DNA of 64,000 bases from Bacteroidota bacterium (GTDB lineage Bacteria > Bacteroidota > Bacteroidia > Flavobacteriales > BACL11): contig JAOOLD010000002.1 in the NCBI GenBank assembly GCA_028408365.1, positions 13,183-77,182 on the forward strand. The letters run 5' to 3'. The notes under the pieces were generated by a model, which was not told the origin of the DNA, ran no database searches, and was given only the letters and a program-made list of their open reading frames with translations. Below, piece by piece: positions 11,013 to 19,094 of this stretch. Position 1 is the first letter of the stretch; every line of letters begins with the position of its first letter. Made by a program: the position numbers and the translations under genes.

Positions 11013-11729
11013 CTAAGTCGCTATAAATTTCATTCCAAATATTTTAGTGAAATTTTTAATAATAATTCTTTTCACTTCACTTTTGTCAATATCAGTATTA
11101 AGTTCATTTTTCATGCTAGTGACCTTTTTGTTAGAAATACCACAAGGCACGATATGATCAAAATATGAAAGATTGTTATTTACGTTTAGTGCGAATCCGT
11201 GCATAGTTACCCACCTACTGGTTTTTACCCCTATTGCGCATATTTTTCTTGGATTATTTTTTGTGTCAATCCAAACCCCTGTCTCTCCTACAGATCTTTC
11301 TGCTTTAATAGAAAACTCACTTAAAGTATTTATGATAACCTCTTCTATTCCTCTCATGTATTTTCCAAGGTCAGTAAAAAAGTTTTCAAGATCAATTATT
11401 GGATACCCAACAATTTGTTCAGGACCATGATATGTGATATCCCCACCCCTGTTTGTTAAATGGAAAGAAGCTCCAATTTTTTTTTGTGTTTTAATGTCGG
11501 CTAGAAAGTTTTTATTATTTCCATTTTTACCCAAAGTATATACATGATTGTGTTCACAAAAAATAAAATAATTTTTTGTAGGTACAGAGGTTTGGTTTTT
11601 TCTGTTCTTAGATTTTATATTAATAATTTCATCAAATAGGCTTTTTTGATATTCTACGCCTTTAACATATTCAATAGTAGAAATATCAAGAAGAGAAACG
11701 GATTTATTAATTAATTTTTGAGAGTTCAC
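11013..11729 (-). CDS. lipB: lipoyl(octanoyl) transferase
   Basis: Motifs RGGDITYHGPEQ, KICAIGV and the PCGI active-site Cys region are present. Confidence 0.9.
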   Translation of the reverse strand: MNSQKLINKSVSLLDISTIEYVKGVEYQKSLFDEIINIKSKNRKNQTSVPTKNYFIFCEHNHVYTLGKNGNNKNFLADIKTQKKIGASFHLTNRGGDITYHGPEQIVGYPIIDLENFFTDLGKYMRGIEEVIINTLSEFSIKAERSVGETGVWIDTKNNPRKICAIGVKTSRWVTMHGFALNVNNNLSYFDHIVPCGISNKKVTSMKNELNTDIDKSEVKRIIIKNFTKIFGMKFIAT

Positions 11730-12690
11730 TTTTTAAGTAATTAATTACATCAATCTCAATAGAATCAACATTGTTTAGCTCAGACAAAAACCAAGAAATC
11801 CAATCTGTGAGGTGAACTAGATAAAGAGTTTTTTCGAGTTTCGAGTTACCAAAACTATTGATTTCAATTATTTTAGGATTATATTTTTGTATGATCTTCT
11901 TATTAATACTAACTCTAAGTTTGTTCCTGTAAAAGTCATCATCATTTTGAAGAAATATTACAGATAAATCATCAGTATTTGTTCTCCACCCTAAAATTTC
12001 ATTATGATTCATCTCAGGAATAACAGCATGCCAGCATAACATCTTAGAGTTTTCATTAAGTTGCTGTCTAAATCTAATAGCTAAACCTTCATATCCATCA
12101 CAACAATAAATAATAGCTGTTGTTTTGTGTATTTTATGAGCAGCTGATCTAGCAGCAGAAATGATATTCTCACTATTTTTTTTAAGGTTTGCAATTGTCT
12201 GATCTAAGTTTTTCAAAAACTCATTTGATATTAGGTGATTTTTATAAAGTAAAAAAAACAGTTGAACAAATGAATAAGCAAACATAGCTCTAGGAGGCGA
12301 GCCTGATGGAATTTTTATATGAGGAATATTATTTTCAGCAGAAAACTTTTCGATAAAACCTTCAGAGGATATTGTAAAAATTTTCGCCTCTCTTTCATGG
12401 CATTTTTTCATTGCAGAAATTGTCTCCTCGGTGTTTCCCGAGTAAGACGAGCAAATCACCAGAGTTTTCATACTGATGTAATTTGGGATATTGTAGTCTT
12501 TAACCAGTTCAACAGGTATTTTAAGCTCATCTTTTATAATGTCTTTTAAAATGCTCCCTCCAATTCCAGAACCACCTAAACCGCATATTACAACATTTTT
12601 GTATTCAAACTTATTGTTAAAATCAAAATTGTTACCAATTTTAATAGCCTCTTCAATCTGATCTGTAAATTTTTTTATGTAACCTTTCAT
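11707..12690 (-). CDS. SIS-domain sugar phosphate isomerase (phosphoglucose/phosphomannose isomerase family)
   Basis: It has a SIS fold with GLGGSGIGG and SYSGNTEET. The start is probably MKGYIKKF at 12690 rather than the upstream ATG at 12726. Confidence 0.6.
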   Translation of the reverse strand: MKGYIKKFTDQIEEAIKIGNNFDFNNKFEYKNVVICGLGGSGIGGSILKDIIKDELKIPVELVKDYNIPNYISMKTLVICSSYSGNTEETISAMKKCHEREAKIFTISSEGFIEKFSAENNIPHIKIPSGSPPRAMFAYSFVQLFFLLYKNHLISNEFLKNLDQTIANLKKNSENIISAARSAAHKIHKTTAIIYCCDGYEGLAIRFRQQLNENSKMLCWHAVIPEMNHNEILGWRTNTDDLSVIFLQNDDDFYRNKLRVSINKKIIQKYNPKIIEINSFGNSKLEKTLYLVHLTDWISWFLSELNNVDSIEIDVINYLKSELSKIN

Positions 12691-12740
12691 ATTGTAAAAA
12701 TAACAATTCTTAATACAAGAATTCATATCTTTGTTCAGTA

Positions 12741-14258
12741 ATGCAAAATCAAAACCTAAATCAAGTTGACCAACGAAAAAAATCTTTAAAAAGACTTTTA
12801 GAAATGGGTATTAACCCGTATCCTTCAGAGCTTGTTGATATAGATTCAAATAGCATAGATATCAAGGATAATTATGATGAAAGTAGTGATGAAAGAATAG
12901 TAAAAATAGCTGGAAGACTGATGAGGCGTAGAATTATGGGTAAAGCCTCTTTTGCTGAAATACAAGATGATTGTGGAAAAATACAGCTTTATTTGAATAG
13001 AGATGAGATTTGTAAAGCTGAAGACAAATCACTATATAACGAAGTCTTTAAAAAGCTAATTGACATTGGTGATATAATTTTTGTTAAAGGAAATGTGTTT
13101 AAGACAAAGCTAGGTGAGGTTTCAGTGAATGTTAGAGAGTTAACAATCCTCTCAAAATCTCTAAGACCCTTACCGCTTCCTAAAGTTGATGGTGAAGGAA
13201 AGGAATATGACTCTTTTACTGATCCAGAATCCAGGTACAGGCAAAGATATGTTGATTTAATTGTTAACCCAGAAGTCAAGCAAACATTTATTTTGCGAAC
13301 TAAGCTAACAAATTCAATGCGCTCGTTTTTAAATCAAAAGGGGTATTTGGAGGTCGAAACACCTATTTTACAACCTATTTACGGGGGGGCAAGTGCTAAA
13401 CCTTTTGTAACTCATCACAATAAGCTAGATATGAAACTATATTTAAGAATAGCAAATGAACTGTACTTGAAAAGATTAATTGTTGGGGGTTTTGAAGGAG
13501 TTTATGAGTTTTCAAAAGACTTTAGAAATGAAGGCATGAGTCGGTTTCATAATCCAGAATTTACACAGATGGAGCTATATGTTGCTTACAAGGATTATGA
13601 CTGGATGATGTGTTTAGTTGAAAAAATGGTAGAGAATATAGCATTAGATTTACACGGAACTACTAAAGTGTCTTATGACAACAAAGAAATTGATTTCAAA
13701 TCTCCATGGAAGAGGTTACCTATGTTTGAAATCATAAAAGAAAATATAGGCGTTGACATATCAAATATGGGAGAGGAGGATTTAAAAAACTTATGTAGTG
13801 AACTAAAAATAAAGATAGATTCAAGCATGGGTAAGGGCAAGTTAATTGATGCCATTTTTGGTGAAAAATGTGAGAAGAATATTGTTCAACCCACATTTGT
13901 TACTGACTACCCAATCGAAATGTCTCCATTAGCAAAAAAACATAGATCAAAAAATGGTTTAGTAGAGCGTTTTGAAGCAATAGTTAATGGAAAAGAATTG
14001 TGTAATGCCTTTTCAGAGCTTAATGATCCAATTGATCAAAAATTAAGATTTGAAAAACAAGTCGAATTAGGAAAAAAAGGCGATGAAGAGTCGATGTTGT
14101 TAGATATGGATTATATCAGAGCTCTGGAGCACGGAATGCCTCCTACAGCTGGCCTAGGAATAGGAATAGATCGGTTAGCTATGTTGATGACAGGCAGCAA
14201 ATCAATTCAAGACGTTTTATTTTTCCCGCAAATGAAAAAACAAAATAATGAAAATTGA
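12741..14258 (+). CDS. lysS: lysine--tRNA ligase (class II)
   Basis: Motifs FRNEGMSRFHNPEFT and GLGIGIDRLAMLM are present, along with an OB-fold N-domain. Confidence 0.95.
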   Translation: MQNQNLNQVDQRKKSLKRLLEMGINPYPSELVDIDSNSIDIKDNYDESSDERIVKIAGRLMRRRIMGKASFAEIQDDCGKIQLYLNRDEICKAEDKSLYNEVFKKLIDIGDIIFVKGNVFKTKLGEVSVNVRELTILSKSLRPLPLPKVDGEGKEYDSFTDPESRYRQRYVDLIVNPEVKQTFILRTKLTNSMRSFLNQKGYLEVETPILQPIYGGASAKPFVTHHNKLDMKLYLRIANELYLKRLIVGGFEGVYEFSKDFRNEGMSRFHNPEFTQMELYVAYKDYDWMMCLVEKMVENIALDLHGTTKVSYDNKEIDFKSPWKRLPMFEIIKENIGVDISNMGEEDLKNLCSELKIKIDSSMGKGKLIDAIFGEKCEKNIVQPTFVTDYPIEMSPLAKKHRSKNGLVERFEAIVNGKELCNAFSELNDPIDQKLRFEKQVELGKKGDEESMLLDMDYIRALEHGMPPTAGLGIGIDRLAMLMTGSKSIQDVLFFPQMKKQNNEN

Positions 14259-14592
14259 AAGCCTGCTAAAAAAAGATGAAATTAACGGCTCTGAGTTAGA
14301 GCAAATGATTGAATTAAGAAAAAAGAACCAGTTAGATTTTGTTTTGGTTGACGTAAGAGAAGAATATGAGTTTAAAAATCAACATATTATTGGCGTTGAT
14401 AAATTAGTACCAATGTCAGAATTATCTATTAAAGCTGATGAATTAGAGAATTTCAAGCAGAAGCTAATTATTGCTCAATGCAAATCTGGAGGAAGATCTG
14501 CTCAAGCTCAAATGTTTTTAAGAAGGTTGGGTTTTGAAAAGGTTCTAAACCTCTCTGGAGGTATTCTCAAATACAGAGGTCAGACCAGTTAA
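14248..14592 (+). CDS. rhodanese-like sulfurtransferase domain protein
   Basis: The active-site loop CKSGGRS (CX5R-type) and the C-terminal LSGGILKY are present. The start overlaps the lysS stop. Confidence 0.75.
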   Translation: MKIESLLKKDEINGSELEQMIELRKKNQLDFVLVDVREEYEFKNQHIIGVDKLVPMSELSIKADELENFKQKLIIAQCKSGGRSAQAQMFLRRLGFEKVLNLSGGILKYRGQTS

Positions 14593-16299
14593 AACCAAAC
14601 TCGCTTTCTTCTCACCAATAATTGATGATAAAATATCTAAATCTGTTTCATATATTCTTCTCACAGATCCAATCTTCTTAATTAATAGTTCAGCAGTTTT
14701 TTCACCTATACCATCAATATCAGTTAGGGCGCTTGAAAGAGTACTTTTCAATCTTCTTTTTTTATGATAATTTATAGCAAATCTGTGTGCTTCATTTCTA
14801 ATTGTTTGAATTAATTTTAAGCTTGGCGATTTTTTATCTATGAATAGTGGAATCTTATCATTGGGAAAATAAATACTTTCTAGCTTTTTAGCAACACCTA
14901 TGATAGCAATTTTTCCAGAGAGCCCCAATCTTTTCAAGCTTTCTTTAGCAGAGCTTAATTGACCTTTCCCACCGTCAATAACAATTAAATCAGGAATATC
15001 TCCTTTTTCATCTAAAACTCTTTTATATCTTCGAAAAACAACCTCTCTCATACTAGCAAAGTCATCAGCTTTTGTTACCGTTTTAATTTTAAAAATTCTA
15101 TAGTCTTTCTTAGATGGAAGCCCTTTTTTAAAAACAACACATGACGAAGTAGGTAACGAGCCTTGAATGTTAGAATTATCAAAGCACTCTATGTGATTAG
15201 GAATGGTTTTTAACCTTAGGTCTTTCTTCAAAAAAATTAATGAGGGTTTGTTTTTTGACCTTTCATTCTCTTTAAGTTTTTTTCTTTCAATTTCAAGTAG
15301 ATTATATTTTGCATTTCTTTCAGAAAGTATCAGTAACTTTTTTTTATCGCCAATTTTTGGATAAAAAATATTGACATTTTCATATATCTCACTAATTTTA
15401 ATGTTACTATATATGGTTTTTGACTTACTATTAAAAACTTCTCTTGAACGAATTATAGCAAGCCTCATAATTTCTTCATCTTTTTCAGAGAGTCTTTTTT
15501 TAAACTCCATAATATGAGATAAAACAATTGAACCATTTATGATAGAGAGATAATTTACTACTGCAGTATGACTGTTAGAGACAAGGGAAAAAACATCTAC
15601 ATTGCTAATCTTCGAGCTAACTATTATTGATTTTGATCTATAGTCTTTTAATAAATCAATCTTAGATTTAATTTTTTTTGCCTCTTCAAAATTTAAAAGT
15701 TCTGATTGGGTTTCCATTTTTATGGTTAATTGATTTATTAGAATTTTTAAATTTCCTTTTAAAATGGATTTTATCTTCTTTATTATTTCTTGATATTTTT
15801 CATTTTTTTGTGAATTTACTTTGTTTTTTAACAGTGTGATAGGAGTCCACCCACTATCATAAAACATATCATAAAAAAGGTCAATGAGTACATTTATTAC
15901 ATAAGTTGATTTATATGGCCCAAAATAATCAGAACCATCATTAACAACTTTTCTTGCAAATAAAATTTTAGGAAAATTGTCTTTAGTTATTTTTATCCAA
16001 GGATATGACTTATCGTCCTTCATTAACACATTGTATTTTGGCTGATATTTTTTAATCAAATTATTCTCAAGTAGTAAAGCATCAAGTTCATTTTGAACTA
16101 AAATGTACTTAACGTCATCAATTTTATTTACTAACCTTAATGTTTTTCCACTTGTTTTTGTGCTGAAATAAGACCCAACCCTTTTTCTCAGGTTTTTTGC
16201 CTTACCAACATAAATAATATTATTTGTAGAATCTAAAAACTTATATACCCCAATCTTTTGAGGAAGTTTTTTAATAATTTCTTCTTTTTTAACGCTCAC
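14545..16299 (-). CDS. uvrC: excinuclease ABC subunit C
   Basis: It has a GIY-YIG N-terminus (GVYKF...IIYVGKAKNLRKR) and a C-terminal HhH (IDGIGEKTAELL). The start is GTG. Confidence 0.9.
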   Translation of the reverse strand: MSVKKEEIIKKLPQKIGVYKFLDSTNNIIYVGKAKNLRKRVGSYFSTKTSGKTLRLVNKIDDVKYILVQNELDALLLENNLIKKYQPKYNVLMKDDKSYPWIKITKDNFPKILFARKVVNDGSDYFGPYKSTYVINVLIDLFYDMFYDSGWTPITLLKNKVNSQKNEKYQEIIKKIKSILKGNLKILINQLTIKMETQSELLNFEEAKKIKSKIDLLKDYRSKSIIVSSKISNVDVFSLVSNSHTAVVNYLSIINGSIVLSHIMEFKKRLSEKDEEIMRLAIIRSREVFNSKSKTIYSNIKISEIYENVNIFYPKIGDKKKLLILSERNAKYNLLEIERKKLKENERSKNKPSLIFLKKDLRLKTIPNHIECFDNSNIQGSLPTSSCVVFKKGLPSKKDYRIFKIKTVTKADDFASMREVVFRRYKRVLDEKGDIPDLIVIDGGKGQLSSAKESLKRLGLSGKIAIIGVAKKLESIYFPNDKIPLFIDKKSPSLKLIQTIRNEAHRFAINYHKKRRLKSTLSSALTDIDGIGEKTAELLIKKIGSVRRIYETDLDILSSIIGEKKASLVLTGLTSVFENTSREV

Positions 16300-16312
16300 T
16301 ATGTTGAAAGGG

Positions 16313-16345
16313 TTGTTTAAAGTTAGTAACTAAATGCTATTTTTG
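16313..16345 (+). promoter_or_regulatory. possible sigma-A type promoter for asd (TTG-N22-TATTTTTG)
   Basis: TTG lies at 16313-16315 and TATTTTTG at 16338-16345, 17 nt before the asd ATG. The spacer is slightly long. Confidence 0.3.
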
Positions 16346-16362
16346 TTTATAGATTCAAAAAT

Positions 16363-17358
16363 ATGAAATTAGCAATTGTTGGAGTAACGGGCCTTGTTGG
16401 AAGAAAAATGCTCGAGATTTTAGAGAAAAAAGATATTAAAGTTGAAGCGCTTTTTCCTGCTGCCTCTGAAAAATCTATTGGTAAGAGAATATTATTTAAA
16501 AACAAAGAATATAAGATCATAAGCGTTCATGAGCTTATTGACAAAAAACCTGAAATAGCTCTTTTTTCAGCAGGCTCTCAAGTTTCCAAAGAGTGGGCAC
16601 CACAGCTAGCGGAAATAGGTTGTCGAGTAATTGACAATTCGTCATATTGGAGAATGCGTCACAAGCATAAATTGATAGTTCCTGAGATTAATTTTAATGA
16701 TCTAAATTTAAGCTCAAAAAAAGTGTGTTGCTCAGATATGATTATTGCGAATCCAAATTGCTCAACCATTCAACTGGTTATTGCAATATCAGATATACAC
16801 AAGAAGTTTAAAATTAAAAGAATGATAGTGTCTACATACCAAGCTGTGTCTGGAAGTGGAAAAAAGGCAATAAACCAACTACATAATGAATCAAAATCTA
16901 TCAGCACAAAAAAAGTATATGAAAGACAAATTTTCAATAATATAATCCCCAAATGTGACATCTTTGATGAAGATCAATACACTAAAGAGGAGAACAAAAT
17001 AATTAATGAAACAAACAAAATACTCAACTCTAAAATAAGAATCACAGCAACTGCCGTGAGAGTACCAATTGAGAACTCCCACTCAGAGAGTGTTAATATA
17101 GAACTAGTCAATAATACTACAACTGAAGAACTAATAGGGGTGTTAAAACAAACAAACGGAGTTCAGTATATGGGTAGGGCAAATAATTATTATTCAACAC
17201 CACAAGAAGCAACTGGTTCTGATTTGGTGTATGTAGGTAGAGTGAGAAGGGACTTTTCAAAAAACAATTGTTTTAATCTGTGGGTTGTTTCAGATAATTT
17301 AAGAAAAGGCGCGGCAACAAATGCTATCCAAATTTTAGAAAAAATTATAAATAAGTGA
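16363..17358 (+). CDS. asd: aspartate-semialdehyde dehydrogenase
   Basis: It has the N-terminal Rossmann motif VGVTGLVG, the active-site motif NPNCSTIQ, and QAVSGSG. Confidence 0.9.
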   Translation: MKLAIVGVTGLVGRKMLEILEKKDIKVEALFPAASEKSIGKRILFKNKEYKIISVHELIDKKPEIALFSAGSQVSKEWAPQLAEIGCRVIDNSSYWRMRHKHKLIVPEINFNDLNLSSKKVCCSDMIIANPNCSTIQLVIAISDIHKKFKIKRMIVSTYQAVSGSGKKAINQLHNESKSISTKKVYERQIFNNIIPKCDIFDEDQYTKEENKIINETNKILNSKIRITATAVRVPIENSHSESVNIELVNNTTTEELIGVLKQTNGVQYMGRANNYYSTPQEATGSDLVYVGRVRRDFSKNNCFNLWVVSDNLRKGAATNAIQILEKIINK

Positions 17359-18125
17359 TTTTAGTTCATAAATTAAAATTATTGTTTATTGGAATTCCTT
17401 ATTCCGCTTCAACAGCAATAAGTAAGGATTTACATAATAACTATGGTGGAAAAGCCGTACTGAGAAAACATTCTCTTTATTCTGAGTTTGATGAAATTGC
17501 TAGCAAGACAGAAAAAGATTATTATGTCTTTGCAGTAAAAAGAAACCCAATGGATATAGTAATTTCTATCTATGAGAAAATGAAAAATGATTTAAAAGGA
17601 AATTTTACAAACTTAAACTTGTTAGAAAAAAATGGTGGTCATATTTCCAAAAGACAAAGAAAGCATTATCTATTTATCAGAAAAAACAATGCTAGTTTTC
17701 AAGAGTATTTCAAGAAATTTTATAGGTTGCCCTATACAAGTGTGCTGTCTATTGTAAAAAATGATTGTGATCGTATAATTTCATTTGAAAATTTAGATAA
17801 TGAATACAATGTGCTTCTAAATGATTTAGGCGCGAGTTCTAATCATAAAATGCCTAAAATCAATCAAACAAAAGGCAAGCATGATTTTGATTATTATTAT
17901 ACTGATGAGATAAAAAATCAAGCAATACAAGTTTTTGCCCCATACATGAAAGATTTTGGTTATCAAATGCCAAAAGGTTGGGGTGGAAAAAAGATTCGAT
18001 TACACATTAAATTAACTTACAGATTGATAAATTATTTAAAAAAAATCATCTACCCCTTCAGGTCAAAAATTAAAAGAAAAAGCGTTGAAAACAGCGTATA
18101 TGGGAAAATACAAAGAAGTAATTAG
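17355..18125 (+). CDS. sulfotransferase-family-like protein
   Basis: RNPMDIVISIY resembles the 3'-phosphate-binding motif of PAPS sulfotransferases. The N-terminal loop GIPYSASTAISK is only a degenerate 5'-PSB loop. The GTG start overlaps the asd stop (GTGA). Confidence 0.45.
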   Translation: MILVHKLKLLFIGIPYSASTAISKDLHNNYGGKAVLRKHSLYSEFDEIASKTEKDYYVFAVKRNPMDIVISIYEKMKNDLKGNFTNLNLLEKNGGHISKRQRKHYLFIRKNNASFQEYFKKFYRLPYTSVLSIVKNDCDRIISFENLDNEYNVLLNDLGASSNHKMPKINQTKGKHDFDYYYTDEIKNQAIQVFAPYMKDFGYQMPKGWGGKKIRLHIKLTYRLINYLKKIIYPFRSKIKRKSVENSVYGKIQRSN

Positions 18126-18709
18126 TTAAGATCCTTTCTAAAAAATAAAATCAAGCTAATTGCGCCTAATGAAATACATGAGTCTGCAAAGTTAAAAACA
18201 GGTTTAAAAAAGGTGAAATTATTGCCTCCAAAGTAAGGCACCCAACTTGGAATTTCAGTGCTAAAAAAAGGAAAGTAAAACATGTCAACAACTTTTCCAA
18301 AAAAAATTGAGGAATACCCCCCTTCTTCTGGAAACATTGAAGCTATATTATTATAGCTATCATTAAACACAACCCCGTACAACAAGCAATCTATAATATT
18401 TCCAACTGCACCCCCCAGAATAAGACCAAAGCAAATAAGCACGGGGCTTTTGTATTTGGATAAGTTTATTTTGAATAAGTATCTAACAGCAAACACAACT
18501 ATAAATATTCTTGTTAAGGTTAAAATCAACTTGCCTAATTCTCCACCAAGCTCAAGACCAAAAGCCATTCCATTGTTTTCTGTAAAATAAATAATAAACC
18601 AATCAAATATTTCAAAGTATTGGCCAAGAAACATATTTGTTTTTATCCAAATTTTAATACACTGATCAATGATGACAGAGAATAAAGCGGTTAAAAAAAT
18701 TAACTTCAA
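18122..18709 (-). CDS. lspA: lipoprotein signal peptidase II
   Basis: Motifs NNGMAFG, GGAVGNIIDC and FNFAD are present. Confidence 0.85.
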   Translation of the reverse strand: MKLIFLTALFSVIIDQCIKIWIKTNMFLGQYFEIFDWFIIYFTENNGMAFGLELGGELGKLILTLTRIFIVVFAVRYLFKINLSKYKSPVLICFGLILGGAVGNIIDCLLYGVVFNDSYNNIASMFPEEGGYSSIFFGKVVDMFYFPFFSTEIPSWVPYFGGNNFTFFKPVFNFADSCISLGAISLILFFRKDLN

Positions 18710-18719
18710 TTTGTAGTTT

Positions 18720-19094
18720 TTACTGAGAATTTTTTGCCTCTATACTCAAGGTAGCATGAGGCACTAGCATCAGTCTTTCTTTGGATATTAAGTTACCGGT
18801 AACACGACAAACACCGTAAGTCTGATTTTCAATTCTGATTAATGCATTTTTCAAATTACGTATAAACTTTTCTTGTCTCTCAGCAAGCTTCATGTTTTCT
18901 TCTTTTGATAAGGTTGATGAACTTTCTTCAAAAGCTTTAAAAGTTGGTGATGTATCCTCAGTGCCATTGTCAGAATCATTTGAGTAAGCAGATTTTAATG
19001 TTTTTAAATCTGCTTCAGCTCTGCTTATTTTTTCATTTATGATTTTTTTAAACTCAAGTAGTTCTTTTTGCGTGTATTTATTTTTTTTTGACAT
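18720..19094 (-). CDS. DksA/TraR family regulator (zinc-finger cysteines mostly absent)
   Basis: It has a coiled-coil N-terminus and the C-terminal stretch YGVCRVTGNLISKERLMLVPHATLSIEAK. It sits between ileS and lspA. Confidence 0.7.
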   Translation of the reverse strand: MSKKNKYTQKELLEFKKIINEKISRAEADLKTLKSAYSNDSDNGTEDTSPTFKAFEESSSTLSKEENMKLAERQEKFIRNLKNALIRIENQTYGVCRVTGNLISKERLMLVPHATLSIEAKNSQ

